Source of the DNA: Magallana gigas | Taxonomy: Eukaryota | Length of the DNA: 64,000 nt | Assembly: GCF_963853765.1 (NCBI RefSeq) | Contig: NC_088853.1 | Coordinates: 14,880,001-14,944,000, forward strand | Reading direction: 5' to 3' | Shown: piece after piece, positions 39,150-51,228 of the stretch | Numbering within the stretch: position 1 is the first letter of the stretch | Layout: every line of letters starts with the position of its first letter | Program-made: the position numbers and the translations under genes | Notes under the pieces: model-generated | Seen by the model: the letters and a program-made list of their open reading frames with translations, nothing else | Told to the model about the DNA's origin: nothing | Databases searched by the model: none

Positions 39150-39840
39150 ACAACATGTATGCGGTTTTTGGAAATCAAGTATTCAACAATCTGTTGGAAT
39201 TCCCACGGGTACCAATTGTGCCTCATTGTTAGCAGACCTATTTTTGTGTTCTTGTGAAGCAGAATTTATCAAAACCTTGTACGTGAAAAAAATAAATTAC
39301 TCACTGTGGCCTTCAAATTAACATTCAGGTATATTGACGACGTATTATCAACTAACGCTTGTTATTGACTCGATATATCTCAGTGAACTCAAAATAAAAG
39401 ATACCACTGAGTCTGCTTTATCTATTTCATATTTATATATTATACTGGAAATGGACATTGATGGTAACTTAACAACAAAACTTTTTAATAACTCGATGAC
39501 TTCAATTTTTTTAGTCAACTTACCTTACTTATGTAGCAGTATACCTTCATCACCTGCATATGATGTTTTTGTCTCTCAGTTAATTCGATACACTAAAGCA
39601 TGCTTTTATGCATGAACAGTTTCTAAGACGAGGCAAGCTACTAACAAACAAGTTGACAAAACAGGACTATCAACTGTCTCGTTTGAAGCCATCCTTTTGT
39701 AAGTTCTATGGTCCAGCAAATACAATCATCCACTGGGTCGCATGCTGACTGACGTTTTTCATACTAATTGTTAGACCATAATTAATCACATAATTGTCTA
39801 TGGACTTTTCCACTTTTTCCCCAATTACGACAAAGAGCAC
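39150..39840 (+). mobile_element. Penelope-like RT fragment (decayed) with 3' tail
   Basis: Same RT and thumb motifs as 30330-31060 (GIPTGTNC, FRYIDDVLS, IPSSPAYDVFVSQLIRY). Confidence 0.75.
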
Positions 39841-39846
39841 ACGGCC

Positions 39847-40695
39847 CTACCCACCATGCAATTGTGTGCCTGTTCCATACGCTGTACCATATGCAGATCA
39901 ATACACAACTCCTATGCCATGGGTGATGAAACCTCAGTATCCCTTTTACCCATACCAAATGGTGAGTTATGATATGAATTGTCCACCATGCGGTCCATTG
40001 TTGCAGTACCATCTACACACGATGTTCCAGTATGGTGTTGCCTCAGCACAACAAATGGCACAACAACCAACACAAGATGGTGCATCTAGCCAGATACAGT
40101 ATGAGTTACAGCATCAAGTCAATGTTGCTCAACTACAGGGTGGTAGTTTACCACCTACAGCTGTAGTCAACATTGAACCTGATATAGAGGACACATAATA
40201 TGGAGGCAGTACAGTTCAGCTACAAAGTAGTTATACACTGATAATAGCTACAGCTGAGACTGAATACATGTTGAAGGGATGTCAGCAGTTGCAGAGTCCA
40301 TTACAGAGACATTCCCTAATTCTGAAAAAGTCCAGGCAATAGACCGTTCAATATCGACAAATGACCATGGTTTTGCTCAGATTTATGGAGCATCAGTACT
40401 TGGCACAAGTAAGGTCACAGCTCCGGCATCAAGAGGTTTTTAACCATCCAATGTCAAGAGTTCTGTGCATGACTTTGCCAATTTTAGTCATAAAACGTAT
40501 GCACATTCAAAACATAACATGTCATCATTATGTATGGATGTGCATGAGTCAAACATTGAGACCATGCAACTGTTGCTGTTAGATCACCATGCACAATTAC
40601 TGCAACAGATGCAAGATCAACCCAATGTGACCATTCAGGAAGACCATGAGTCATCACTGGATATATGGAGTCCTGGTGACCTTGACACAATCTGA
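39847..40695 (+). pseudogene. Decayed Pro/Tyr/Gln/Met-rich coding fragment fused to the RT-fragment tail
   Basis: PVPYAVPYADQYTTPMPWVMKPQYPFYPYQM...QQMAQQPTQDG...EPDIEDT*...HDFANFSHKT...LLLLDHHAQLLQQMQDQP; interrupted by stops. Copies at 31075-31375 (truncated) and 57130-57972. Confidence 0.4.
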
Positions 40696-40879
40696 GTGAA
40701 TGAATCGAGCGTCGATCGAAACCCCCTGCACCATCTACATAAGCACGTTTTTTTAAAAAGTAAGTTTAGCAATAAAAATATATTCATTGAATCGCAGTTT
40801 AAACATGTTTGTTATAAGAATATAAACCGAAAGACTGCGATCTAACTTTATACTAATAGGTTTAACACTGTTTAAGACC

Positions 40880-41007
40880 CATGCGCGGATCCAGAAAGGG
40901 GTCCAAGGCATATTTTTTGGTAATTATAATGCATCTAAAGAAATTTGAATTCTGCAAGGGGGGGTCTGGACCTCCCCGACCCCCCCCCCTCTCCAGATCC
41001 GCGCATG
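40880..41007. mobile_element. Small MITE with catgcgcggatc TIR and 5-bp TSD (AGACC)
   Basis: agacc|catgcgcggatccag ... ccagatccgcgcatg|agacc. Confidence 0.8.
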
Positions 41008-42199
41008 AGACCAATCCTAAGACAATACCGAGGATCGGATCGAGCAAAACGCCCGTTATTTTTGTGTAATGTTTACGTGTGTGAAGAAATAATCTTAAAA
41101 ACTTTATTTTAACAATTTCAAATTTTGAAAACTATAATTCGAAAATGTATAACCATACAGGTAATTGCATTTTATAAAATTTACATTTATATGACATAAA
41201 CAAAAAAAGAATTCATGTTCTTTGAGTTAGTAGAACAATTTAATTGTAGCTTTAGTTTTTATTCAACAATATTATTGTAGTTTTTAATGTGCTTATATCA
41301 AATCCATTTACCAATAGGTCTTCCCTGGGTTACACAGACCTAAAGAAAACCATGAAAAAAAAGCTGTCACCTTACTGATTAAATGAATGGTGAAACTGGC
41401 AACCAAAGAATAATGATGACGTAATTTGTTTACGATTATAGAGAGGAACATATACACAACAGTGCTGAATTCCAATGTGGATATTGTTGTGATATTTTGA
41501 TAGCTGTTTTTGTGATTGTTTATTTGTGAAATCAGAATGCCCACGAGACTGTCAAAAAAGGGACATTTGGAACGCCAAGGACGAATGCTTCGATCAATCG
41601 TTATACAGCAAGTGGTTGTGCAAGACTTGTGAACTATATGGTTTGAGCTTTGCTTACGGTAAACAGTGAACTTTTGTCCATATCCGTCTGTGCGCGTTGT
41701 GTCAATTAAACTGCAATACATGTATATCTGCAGCAACAAATCCTCACTGATTGGTTGAGTACTTTTAGTCAAGTTTCATCATGATTTGTTCATCATATTT
41801 GTGTTTATTGTATTATAAAATGTGTTCAATTTAAAGATTATTAATTCTAACTGGTGTCCTCTATAAGCATGTTGAAATTCCAGTTTTAGATCTCTAATAT
41901 TATACATTCTATTTTTAATTCAATACTTATTTTGTGCATATTATGTTGAATAAAATATTTGTTTTACTTCTTTAATATTGTGTAATCACAAACTGTCTTT
42001 TTCATTTAATTTTTGAAAAGTCCAAATTTAATGCAAAATGTTTGTGTTGTTGTAATTTTATTGCATCTGTTAAAAAAATAAAACTGTAATGGCAATTAAT
42101 GATTTTTTTTTTTTCATTTTGGTTGTAGGTTAATATAATATACATGATTGCTTTACTGTATACATTTATTATTTATAAACATTGCATATATTGTACCAT

Positions 42200-42530
42200 T
42201 GATACCAGAGCACAGAAAATGCATTGAACCAATATTTCTGCAATGTCATTTTTCTTATGCAAATGTATTGCCAGAAAAGTGTTGCAGGAAAAGTTTTGCC
42301 GTAACACTTTTCTGGCAATATTGCTGCAATCTCCAGTATTGCCAGAAAGGTGTTGTCGCAACAATGTGTTGTAGCAAAACTTTTGCGGCAACATCTTTAT
42401 GGCAATATTGCCGCAATCTCATTTGCATACGAAAAACGATACAGCAGCAATATTGCCGCAATGTATTGCCAGAAAGGTGTTGCAATATTGCTGCAATAAT
42501 GCCAGAATGTGTTGCCAGAAGGTCAATATT
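42200..42530. repeat. Palindromic minisatellite (ttgccagaaaagtgtt / aacacttttctggcaa; gcaatattgc)
   Basis: Nested direct and inverted repeats; the partner at 59500-59960 has one extra ~130-bp unit. Confidence 0.8.
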
Positions 42531-43499
42531 TTGGTAAGGGATAATAAACCTACAAATAAACATCGTCATGTTTGTAAATTTTAAATTTGCCAGGGATAGT
42601 AAAGACAAAATATACAATGCGATGTTGTCATCTACATGGAATAGCCTGTATCCCAATATGTATAAATAAAGGAGGCCGCAAGAAAGTTTCCAATTAATAA
42701 CTTTTATTCAATTTATCATATGATATCTTTATGGTATGGCCTTTTTATTTTTAATCATGTAAATACGAATAAACTGACGCCTTCAGTTCAGCGATATACT
42801 TTTATCCTGATACAGACCAATCTCTGGATATACTATTACATTTCTCCTTGAATAATTCAATCATATTGATTTCATTAGAATTTTTAGCCCTGATCTAACT
42901 TACATTAACTTTAAACGTAACTGATATTTTACTTAAACTGACTGTCATAACTCTGATATTCAGTTACAGTTCTAGATCTTCTAGATGGCATTTAATTGAA
43001 TTAAAGAGATTCATGATGTGAAACCTAACAATATAATCCCGCAAGTTATCTTTATTCAGACATTTAGGATTAAAAGGATGTATTTTTCATTTTTTTTTTG
43101 CAATCGTTCCTCAACTGCTACTTGGGTACATGTCACAGTTGCTTTTTAATCCAAATAATCATATTGTACACATCTTTTAAATTAAAATAGAGATAAAGAA
43201 ACAACACTCGACACCGATAGCGAGATTTGTAACAATATGCGATTTATCTTTTTTGAAATGGTATACTTTGCCTCGTTTCACGTGTCATTTAAACCCATGT
43301 GCAGTTGCTAGATAATGCATAATGCTTTAATTATAATTATTGTACATAAACGAAGACAACAGGCCATGCAATAATTAATGAAAGTAGACACCAATTGCAA
43401 TTTTAGGGGCCCCCTTTTTTCTCGCTTAAAATGACATGTGGTGATAAAGAACAATGCTCAAAATCAAAAGTCCAAAGGAAATATGCAAACAGGGGGCTG

Positions 43500-43850
43500 A
43501 CCCCTTACACCGACCTTTTAAAAAATAGAGGTCGCCTGGAGGAGTGAGTATCCTCTGCTTACCGGTCACACCCTCTCTTTGTGCTCTTTGTCGTAATTGG
43601 GAAAAGGGAAAAAATCGTAGACGATTTGGTCAGAAACTATGGTCTATCAATAAGAATAAAAAACGTCAGTCAGCATGCAACCTAATGGCAGGTTCTATTT
43701 GCTAACAAAGTAGTTGTATCGACTATAGAATTTACGATAATATGACTTCATTTGAGAATGTTGTTAGTCCTGTTTTATCAACCTATTTGTCGGTAGCTCG
43801 CCTCGACTTTAAAACTGCTCATACGTAGAGCATGCCCTTGCGTATCGAAT
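43500..43850 (-). mobile_element. 3' end of the same Penelope-like family, opposite orientation
   Basis: Minus strand RACSTYEQF..RG.L.TNRLIKQD...KSYYRKFYSRY..LPLGCMLTDVF, then aattacgacaaagagcac...ggtgtgaccggtaagcagagga; partner at 60950-61280. Confidence 0.7.
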
Positions 43851-43868
43851 TAATTGGTTAATTTAACA

Positions 43869-44023
43869 NNNNNNNNNNNNNNNNNNNNNNNNNNNNNNNN
43901 NNNNNNNNNNNNNNNNNNNNNNNNNNNNNNNNNNNNNNNNNNNNNNNNNNNNNNNNNNNNNNNNNNNNNNNNNNNNNNNNNNNNNNNNNNNNNNNNNNNN
44001 NNNNNNNNNNNNNNNNNNNNNNN
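43869..44023. other. Assembly gap (N run)
   Basis: Corresponds to the (AT)n tract at 61325-61406 in the partner copy. Confidence 1.
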
Positions 44024-45532
44024 AATAAAACATTCAAGTGTATACAAATACATAAAAACAGAAAACAATGTAAAACTCAAATTTTTTTGGCGATCTGCAA
44101 CCAGCATTTATTCTTCTGGCTACTTATCAGCCCGAATGAAAACATCCTTTGTATTGTCTTGATGTAAACAGCTACCTCGTAAGATAACATTTCTCAAAAC
44201 GAAACTATGTTGCTACGTTAATTTTTTTTTCTTTTTTGCAAGTATAAATTTAAGTGATTTTGTCTTTAAATTATTTCTTTAACCTACAAATGGTTTTGTG
44301 AGAACGACTTTGAAATTCGTACGAAAATATCTTAAGAATTAACTTACGAATTGTTGTAAAAAGGACTACAGAATTTTAATTCATTCATAGAAACAACTAA
44401 CCTTTGGAACCATTTCATTTATTCCGAGTGCAGCAAGAAGTTTAATGGCGAGACTTAATGGTAACAAGTATATATAAGAAAAATATTTAAAATAAAAGAT
44501 GAATCTGGGGTACATGTACCAAGTGCTGAAAATATTCTCCCAGATCCTTGAGGCTACTATAGTGGCCGCCATTTTGTCTGACAAAGTTAATTTATTCACT
44601 ATATGAATGAGGATTTTCGATGTCCATTAACTCTATCAAAAGTTGTTCATAAACGTTATCACAAACAGTTCGATGTTGCAATCGAAAATATTGAAAACAT
44701 TTGCTATGAAAACCAGTTAGTTTTCATCAGTGTTTTAATCAGTAGATAAAACTAGTTTCACGTATGTCTTATCAACTTATTTAGATGTAAAATAAAAACA
44801 TTAAAACCAATTAAGGAACCGATCTTTTATATTTTGGATAAAGTATTCAGAGAAAGCATTGAAAGAAGAAATGAAAAAAATCTCGAAATCACGCACGTTT
44901 ATTTCTGAAGACACAAATGTTACGTATTACGTATAAGACATTACGTCAGTATAAAGACTGAGCACGCGACGTTTTGGTATTAACTTTAGCTTATGATTTC
45001 TGTAATCAGGTGGATCCCATGTCTGTGTTTCAAACCATAAAATCTGCGCTCGGCCCAACGGTCACGACGTTTACATAATAAAGTTATTTTAAATAAAAAA
45101 ACGTCCTATGGAAGAAAACAATTTGTTTATATAAAAGTTTTCATTACACTGCAATCACATGCACATTAATATTCTTGACACATTTTTTTAATTCTTCAAA
45201 CGTTCAGACTTATTCAAGTATGTTATGTAAGATTGCAAGTCGGTTAATTGGTTCTCTAAATAACTAAAGTAGTAATAATAAAGGTCGTTCAATTTTATTA
45301 TTTGCATGGTTAGTGTATTTGTCATTGAAATGTAAGAGCAATTCAGACAATCTCTTAACTTTAAAATTATGTAGTCTTTATCCAAAATAATAAAATGAAA
45401 ACATATTAGGTCAGAAACGAATCATTTCATTTTTATATAGGAAATAAATGTGATCCCTATAAACATGTCATATAACAAAAAATTAAAATTAATTAATTTA
45501 AAGTGTTGTATGGGTATTTAAAGTTAATTTCT

Positions 45533-45743
45533 GTATAGTGGTTTCATCAACATTCGTTAAATGCCAATTTTCGTGGATTTCGTTTTTAAGATTAACAATG
45601 AATTTAAATGTTCATTAAAGTGCATTTTCTACTCACAATTTGTATTGATAGGGTCGTTGGCCACGAATTTAAGTATTCTAGAAACTGTGATTTTCACTTT
45701 ATCCACGAAATTTGATACCCTTGAATATTAATGAAACCACAGT
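45533..45743. mobile_element. MITE with (ta)ctgtggtttcattaatattc TIR
   Basis: Left ctgtatagtggtttcatcaacattc; right gaatattaatgaaaccacagta. Related fragments near 20410-20590, 21780-21900 and 46290-46350. Confidence 0.6.
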
Positions 45744-46510
45744 ATTTAATTTTACATCAATAAGCAGAGGAAATCAGTCAAATAAATAAGCTAAATTTAT
45801 AACTAGTGTATCAGATGCGGTACGCTCTGCTGCAATCAATCTATACTTAAGAGGGCTCGATGGTCAAGGCCATTTTTGGACTGTATTGATCTCCTTTAAA
45901 TGAAGAGTTTTAATAAGCTATAGGAAAAAAAACCTATTTAAAAGGTAAAATAAATGGATATTTTCTTTATTACATCATAGTTTAAAGCTTAACAATTTAA
46001 ATCTTAAAATTTTAACAAAATCTGATGGTTTATATGTTGACCAGCCAGTCTATCATATCAACAGGGGAAATATACAAAAAGGAAAACAAAAAAGAATAAA
46101 TGAGTCCTAGCTTTTTTTACACATTCTTTTTTCTCTTTAGAATTTTTTTTTCTTTTAGAAAAGGCCAGACCCAATCCAATGTTAGATGTGTGTTCGTGCA
46201 AAAATATTCAGGGATATTCTTTTGTGTGATACAAGTTTCTATCCTCAACAAATTATAATTAAAATTTGTTGAGGATTGAAACTTGTTGGCACGTGGTTAT
46301 TATAGAATCCACGAATATTGCGTCACCGCGAATAAAATTTATTCCACAGTATTTCTTTTGTAACAATAAGGTTTAATTGAGTAACTTACCTCTGTGAATT
46401 ACTTAAAAAAAAACTTTAAAGCAAAATATGAAAGCTGAGTAATGTCTTTATTAATTTATGAGAAAAAGGAGTTATATGTGTAAAACCAAATCAAGAATTA
46501 ATTCAAAATT

Positions 46511-46710
46511 TCACACAAAAGTTACATTGAAAGGAAACAATAGTTTCCGTAAAAAATGTACAAATTCAGAATGTCGTCTTTCATCCAAAGTAGGTCCTTC
46601 ACAAGATGTTATGTCAAGACTGTTAACCTCTTTAGCAAGGTCTCTTCCGATACCAGTATTTGGACCGACGCGAAGACCGGATCGTCCATTTTCAGGGAAA
46701 CCATTTATTT
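46511..46710 (-). CDS. Orphan terminal exon (phase 1) of the peptide cluster, no dedicated signal exon found
   Basis: ttttatattacag| EINGFPENGRSGLRVGPNTGIGRDLAKEVNSLDITSCEGPTLDERRHSEFVHFLRKLLFPFNVTFV*: 66 open codons in the family phase, with GC above the flanks. Confidence 0.45.
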
Positions 46711-46749
46711 CTGTAATATAAAATATTCTCGTTTTCTTATTAATCTATT

Positions 46750-47108
46750 TAAGCAATGAATTCAATATGTTTCTGTTTTATACTATATAATATGGTTTGG
46801 AGCAGTTTACGCTTTATAAACCGCGAAGCACTTTATAAAAAAGCGTAAACTGTTTCAAACCATATTATATCGTATTAACTAATAAATATTGAATTCATTG
46901 CTTATAGTTTAATTTCTTTACTCTTCGTTGTAGATAAAAAACGGTTATTTGACCTTTAAAATGACGTACAATTGTACAAAATTCAAACGTAATGTCAGGC
47001 GTATTGATACGTTTTTGACGTTAGTCTTACTATGACGTAGGCATTCTTTACACGATATAAAATAATTTTTTAGCCAATCAGAAAGCGCATTACAACCAGA
47101 ATTAAATT
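46750..47108. mobile_element. ~360-bp repeat with terminal palindrome (46751-46903)
   Basis: Same family as 31858-32219, opposite orientation. Confidence 0.8.
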
Positions 47109-47301
47109 ATTTATTGATAAATATAAAATCAAACTAAAGAAATGAAAACTTAAGACACGAATTGCCAAATAGGCTTTAAGTATACATAGTTATTCACGAA
47201 CAAGAGACTATAACCCACAGTCATTAAATAAGGCATGTTCTGAAGTATATTGCCGAATGTATCCAAATTAAACTCTAGATGAAGTCCAACATCCAAAAAA
47301 A

Positions 47302-48104
47302 TCACTGTAAAATGGCCTTTTCTATCAAAGTTTCCCTGCCGAGTCTTCCGGCTATTATACGTCGTCCAGGTCTTCGTCCGGGAAAACGGGGAACGAGTGG
47401 ACCCACCGGAAAGATACCTCCCATCCTTGACTCCACATCCTCTCTTCTGTTAAGGATTGACCTTATGCTATCTAATCAAAAACATTAATTAAAACAAACT
47501 GGTTTGAAATCTCAATTGTTATTTGTTATATTAATGATACAATATGAAACCTGATGCTTGTTTTCGACCTCATTGTGTAGATGAATAGTTATAGTAAATG
47601 TTTCGTATTTGTGTTTCACTATATGTTAGCTTTGCCACTTGCTATTGCAATCTGTCGAGTTTTATAAATTCCTAAAATGACGACTGTGTGTTCCCGTAGA
47701 CAGCAGGTAATAAATAAAGTAAGTGTTTTGCTATATATTCGTCGAGCGACCACATTGCTTGAGTAGTTTGATATTGAAGAGAGAGATATGAAGAAAGTAC
47801 GTAATGCAAATTATCGGGCCAGTTTCAAATATATAATAATTAAAAGACAATCTGTAATGCAATGTATTGTCAAAGGCATATTTCAGATATTAGAGGAATT
47901 GGTAATTTTGATTATCGATAAAAGTAATTATCAATCGTTATTCAAGACAATTTAAAACTGCTAATAAATGTTACACTCCGGGGAGGGGTGTTGTGTTCTA
48001 CACATACCTTGACTAGGGTTATCTTCCACATTTCCGTCAACTTGACACACGGTCAATAGAATCCCAAAAGTAAGCAGACAAAAATAAAACCTAGCAGGCA
48101 TCAT
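47302..48104 (-). CDS. Peptide precursor P2' (copy-B partner of P2)
   Basis: Exon 1 48008-48104 (MMPARFYFCLLTFGILLTVCQVDG-NVEDNPSQ). Distal exon 47302-47471 has the same protein sequence as P2, with three synonymous changes. Proximal candidate 47672-47757 (AMWSLDEYIAKHLLYLLPAVYGNTQSSF*). Confidence 0.65.
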
Positions 48105-48915
48105 CTTAGGCAGTCAGCATTAAAATGAGAAGAAACAGCAATTGTTCATCATTTTATTTATTAATCACAAGTGTTTGGGATTTGCTACTTGATATTTTAC
48201 GTCTACATTGTATAACTTGTCAACAGGAATAAACAATAGTAGTTGTTTCTTAATCGATAAACAAGAACTTTCTACGTGTTAAGTTTAATCGTTTTAACAT
48301 AAAATGAGGAGAGGAAAGGCTTGTTTATTTTAACCCGTGTCGATTGACCTGATTTAGTAACTCTAAATATTCTCCAATAGTTGATTACTACAGAGAAGTG
48401 CCTATGGAAACCATATATCTTAGATACTCAGTATCTAACAGAAATACGTTTAGTAGTAATATTAATGTAATGGTCAAGTCATTTTGATAAATAAATATAT
48501 AAATAACGCAGTTAAATCAATTAAGTATAGGTTTTTTCTTTCCCTTTTATTATTTTTCTGTTTGGCAACATATGACAGAGTGAATTGTTATATGCCCGTA
48601 AATCAAGCTCGTACGGTTCGTTATTGGATTCAGATCATTTCTAAAGTAGCAGTAATTTTTTTTTTAAATAACACATTGAGTATAATAAAATAGATATGCC
48701 TATTTGGTATGGCAGCAGTTGAGACAGACACTCCTCGTAAACCGGTGTCACCTCCGCTTTGCGTCTGTTTACAATGGTTTTCTCGGGAATGTCGATTTCG
48801 ACGGTTGCCCTCCTAAACAGGCAGCATTTTTACATGTAAAATAATAAACATTTCGTGATTGTGTTTCACTATATGTTAGCTTTGATTTTTGCTCTGTATT
48901 GCAACCTGTCCAGTT

Positions 48916-49258
48916 TTAGATATGATTAAAATGATGGCGGTACGTTCCCGTATACGGCCAGTAATAAAAATAGTAAGTGTTCCTATATTCGTCGAGGACC
49001 ACAACTGCTTGTATATTTGTACATTGAAGAGAGATATATGAAGGAAATACGAAATGCAAGTTATAATGGGCCATTTTTATCAATAAAAAAAATTGTAGAC
49101 AATATATAATGCAATGTGTTATGAAAGGCACATTTTAAACATTAGAGGAATCGGTAATTTATAATCGATCAAAGGATTCAACACCTACATTGTCTAGGGT
49201 TATTTTCCAAATTTCCGTCAACTTGACATACGGTCGAAAAAATCCCAAAAGTAAGCAT
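48916..49258 (-). CDS. Peptide precursor P3' (Tyr/His-rich)
   Basis: Exon 1 49189-49258; exon 2 48916-49007 (SVVVLDEYRNTYYFYYWPYTGTYRHHFNHI*). Frame intact as in P3. Confidence 0.5.
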
Positions 49259-50524
49259 TAAAAATAAACCATATAGACACCCTCGCAGACAGTCAGGATT
49301 ACAATAAAAAGAAACATCGACTGTATTAACAAATATCGACTTCTTATGGGAACCATATAACTAACCTAAAAGTGTCGGTATCCAAGAGAAATACATTCAG
49401 TAGCTATATATTGAAGTAATATTTTATTCATTTTGATAAACAAATGTTAGCCATTCTTGGATTGATGTGTTTAAGAATCCAGTAAACATTATTAACTACG
49501 CTATTTGTTTTACTTATTTTTTGTCTAGTCTGATGTAGGACAAATGTACATACGCACATTAATGTAACATACTTTATCGTACAAAAGACGGTTGATATTG
49601 AATTTTATATCCTTGGAAAACCAAATCTCTTAATTCCATAACCTGATATGATTTGTCAATGCTTATCGCATTTATTTAAAATTTATACTCAGACATATAG
49701 CACATGGATATCCATTTACATATGAGTACAAACTTCTGTTTAACATTGATATATTCATCGCATATCTAAGGCAGTAGATGCGGACTGAAGGGTTTAGTTT
49801 TTTTTTAATTACAGTTATTACAAGTCTACCGCAGTCTTGGTTGCATTTGCTGTAAACTTCATTGTTGAAGGATCAATGAAAAGGCGAGGAGTATCGCAAA
49901 ACATTATCGGATGGATTTCATGCAAAAATTTCAGCTGATATGACAGTTATAAATGGATCCAAGATGGCGGCAATGTGTACCTTGTGTATTATTTTGCTGA
50001 GTGTTCATATTTTTGTTATGTGGGAATATATGAAAACGTCAAATGCCAGTGTATGCACTAGAATAAGTAAAAGCATGTTCAATCGTGTCAAAAAAATAGA
50101 GACCTAAAGTATATCACAAATGTAAGACACAGTTTATTGCTAAAAAGAATTTGATTGGAATACAGGTAATAACATGTGACGACATAGTTAAAAATGAAAT
50201 AAAACCAAAATCTAATTAAAATTGAAAATAGATTGGTTAGTTTGTAATCAAAATGTCCAACTACATTATAGAAGAACATGTGTAGGATTTTCGTCTGCAT
50301 CAAGATTTCACAGAAAACAGATTGTGTCGTCAGAAGCATCTTGTAGATTGGGTTTTTTTATGGCCATCGATCTCATGGGGTTTTGTGGTACAGAACTTTG
50401 TTGTTGTAAATTATTTTTCGAAAATGTGTTCAGCATACAAAAAGGTGATATTTGATTGGCAATTGGAGCCTTCGTATAATTACCATTGACATTACAAATC
50501 ACTATACAGCTTCCGGGGTGTACT

Positions 50525-51228
50525 CTATGATCTTGGTCGCCGCGTCCGACGAAACGGTCCATCAACTCCGAAAATACCATTATTTCTTATCATGGGATTC
50601 TTAATTTCAGCTCTATGAATATCTGGAATAATTCAAAATGTAATCCGTTGGTACGTTTTATGATAAAGAACTTAAAATATAAATATCTATATAAATATAC
50701 CTTTATAAGTGATCATTGAACTGGATGCTACATTTATGACTTTCATTTGCTTTGTTGGTACAATGTAGATCGTAAAATGTACATCATCAAAGTATCGTGG
50801 TATTCAGAAACAAGAAATGAAAATGCTTCGGGCTAATAGGTTGTTCTGCTTCTGAATGCCTTTTATTCTTCAAAACATGTTTTTGAATGTCATGTAATAT
50901 TCCAAAATTCCAGTTCTGAGACTATTTCACAACATTTAAACAATTCTTTTCGGCTTCATATTGAAATATTTAATTACTATGTAATAATCTTTTTAAAATG
51001 ATTATAGAAAAGGTTATTGTTGCTTTCGAGGGAGAAAACAAAATCATATTCTTAAATACAGCTTTAATAAGTACAGTTTAATTTGTAACCGATAAGATTA
51101 AACTGACAAGTAAACGCAATATTACCATTAGCTTGAACTGCCTCATTGCCCAGAACTCCTTCAGCTTGTTGAAGAGTCAGTAACATCCCAATCAAGGACA
51201 CAAGAACAACAAGCGTTTGAGGTTTCAT
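50525..51228 (-). CDS. Cg-Prp-like peptide precursor P4'
   Basis: Exon 1 51126-51228 (MKPQTLVVLVSLIGMLLTLQQAEG-VLGNEAVQAN). Exon 2 50525-50622 (DIHRAEIKNPMIRNNGIFGVDGPFRRTRRPRS*). Confidence 0.8.

Larger units (their letters stand above)
24545..45352. repeat. Segmental duplication, copy A (partner 46720-62762)
   Basis: Collinear near-identical sequence including genes, TEs and microsatellites. Homology starts at aaatattctcgtt(t)ttctt and ends at gagcaattcaga. Confidence 0.9.

Noticed and set aside
42148-42656. Cys-rich ORFs as metallothionein- or keratin-associated-like proteins (also 59454-60103)
   Set aside because: Similar Cys/Gln-rich text appears in multiple frames on both strands, as expected from a palindromic tgc/gca minisatellite.
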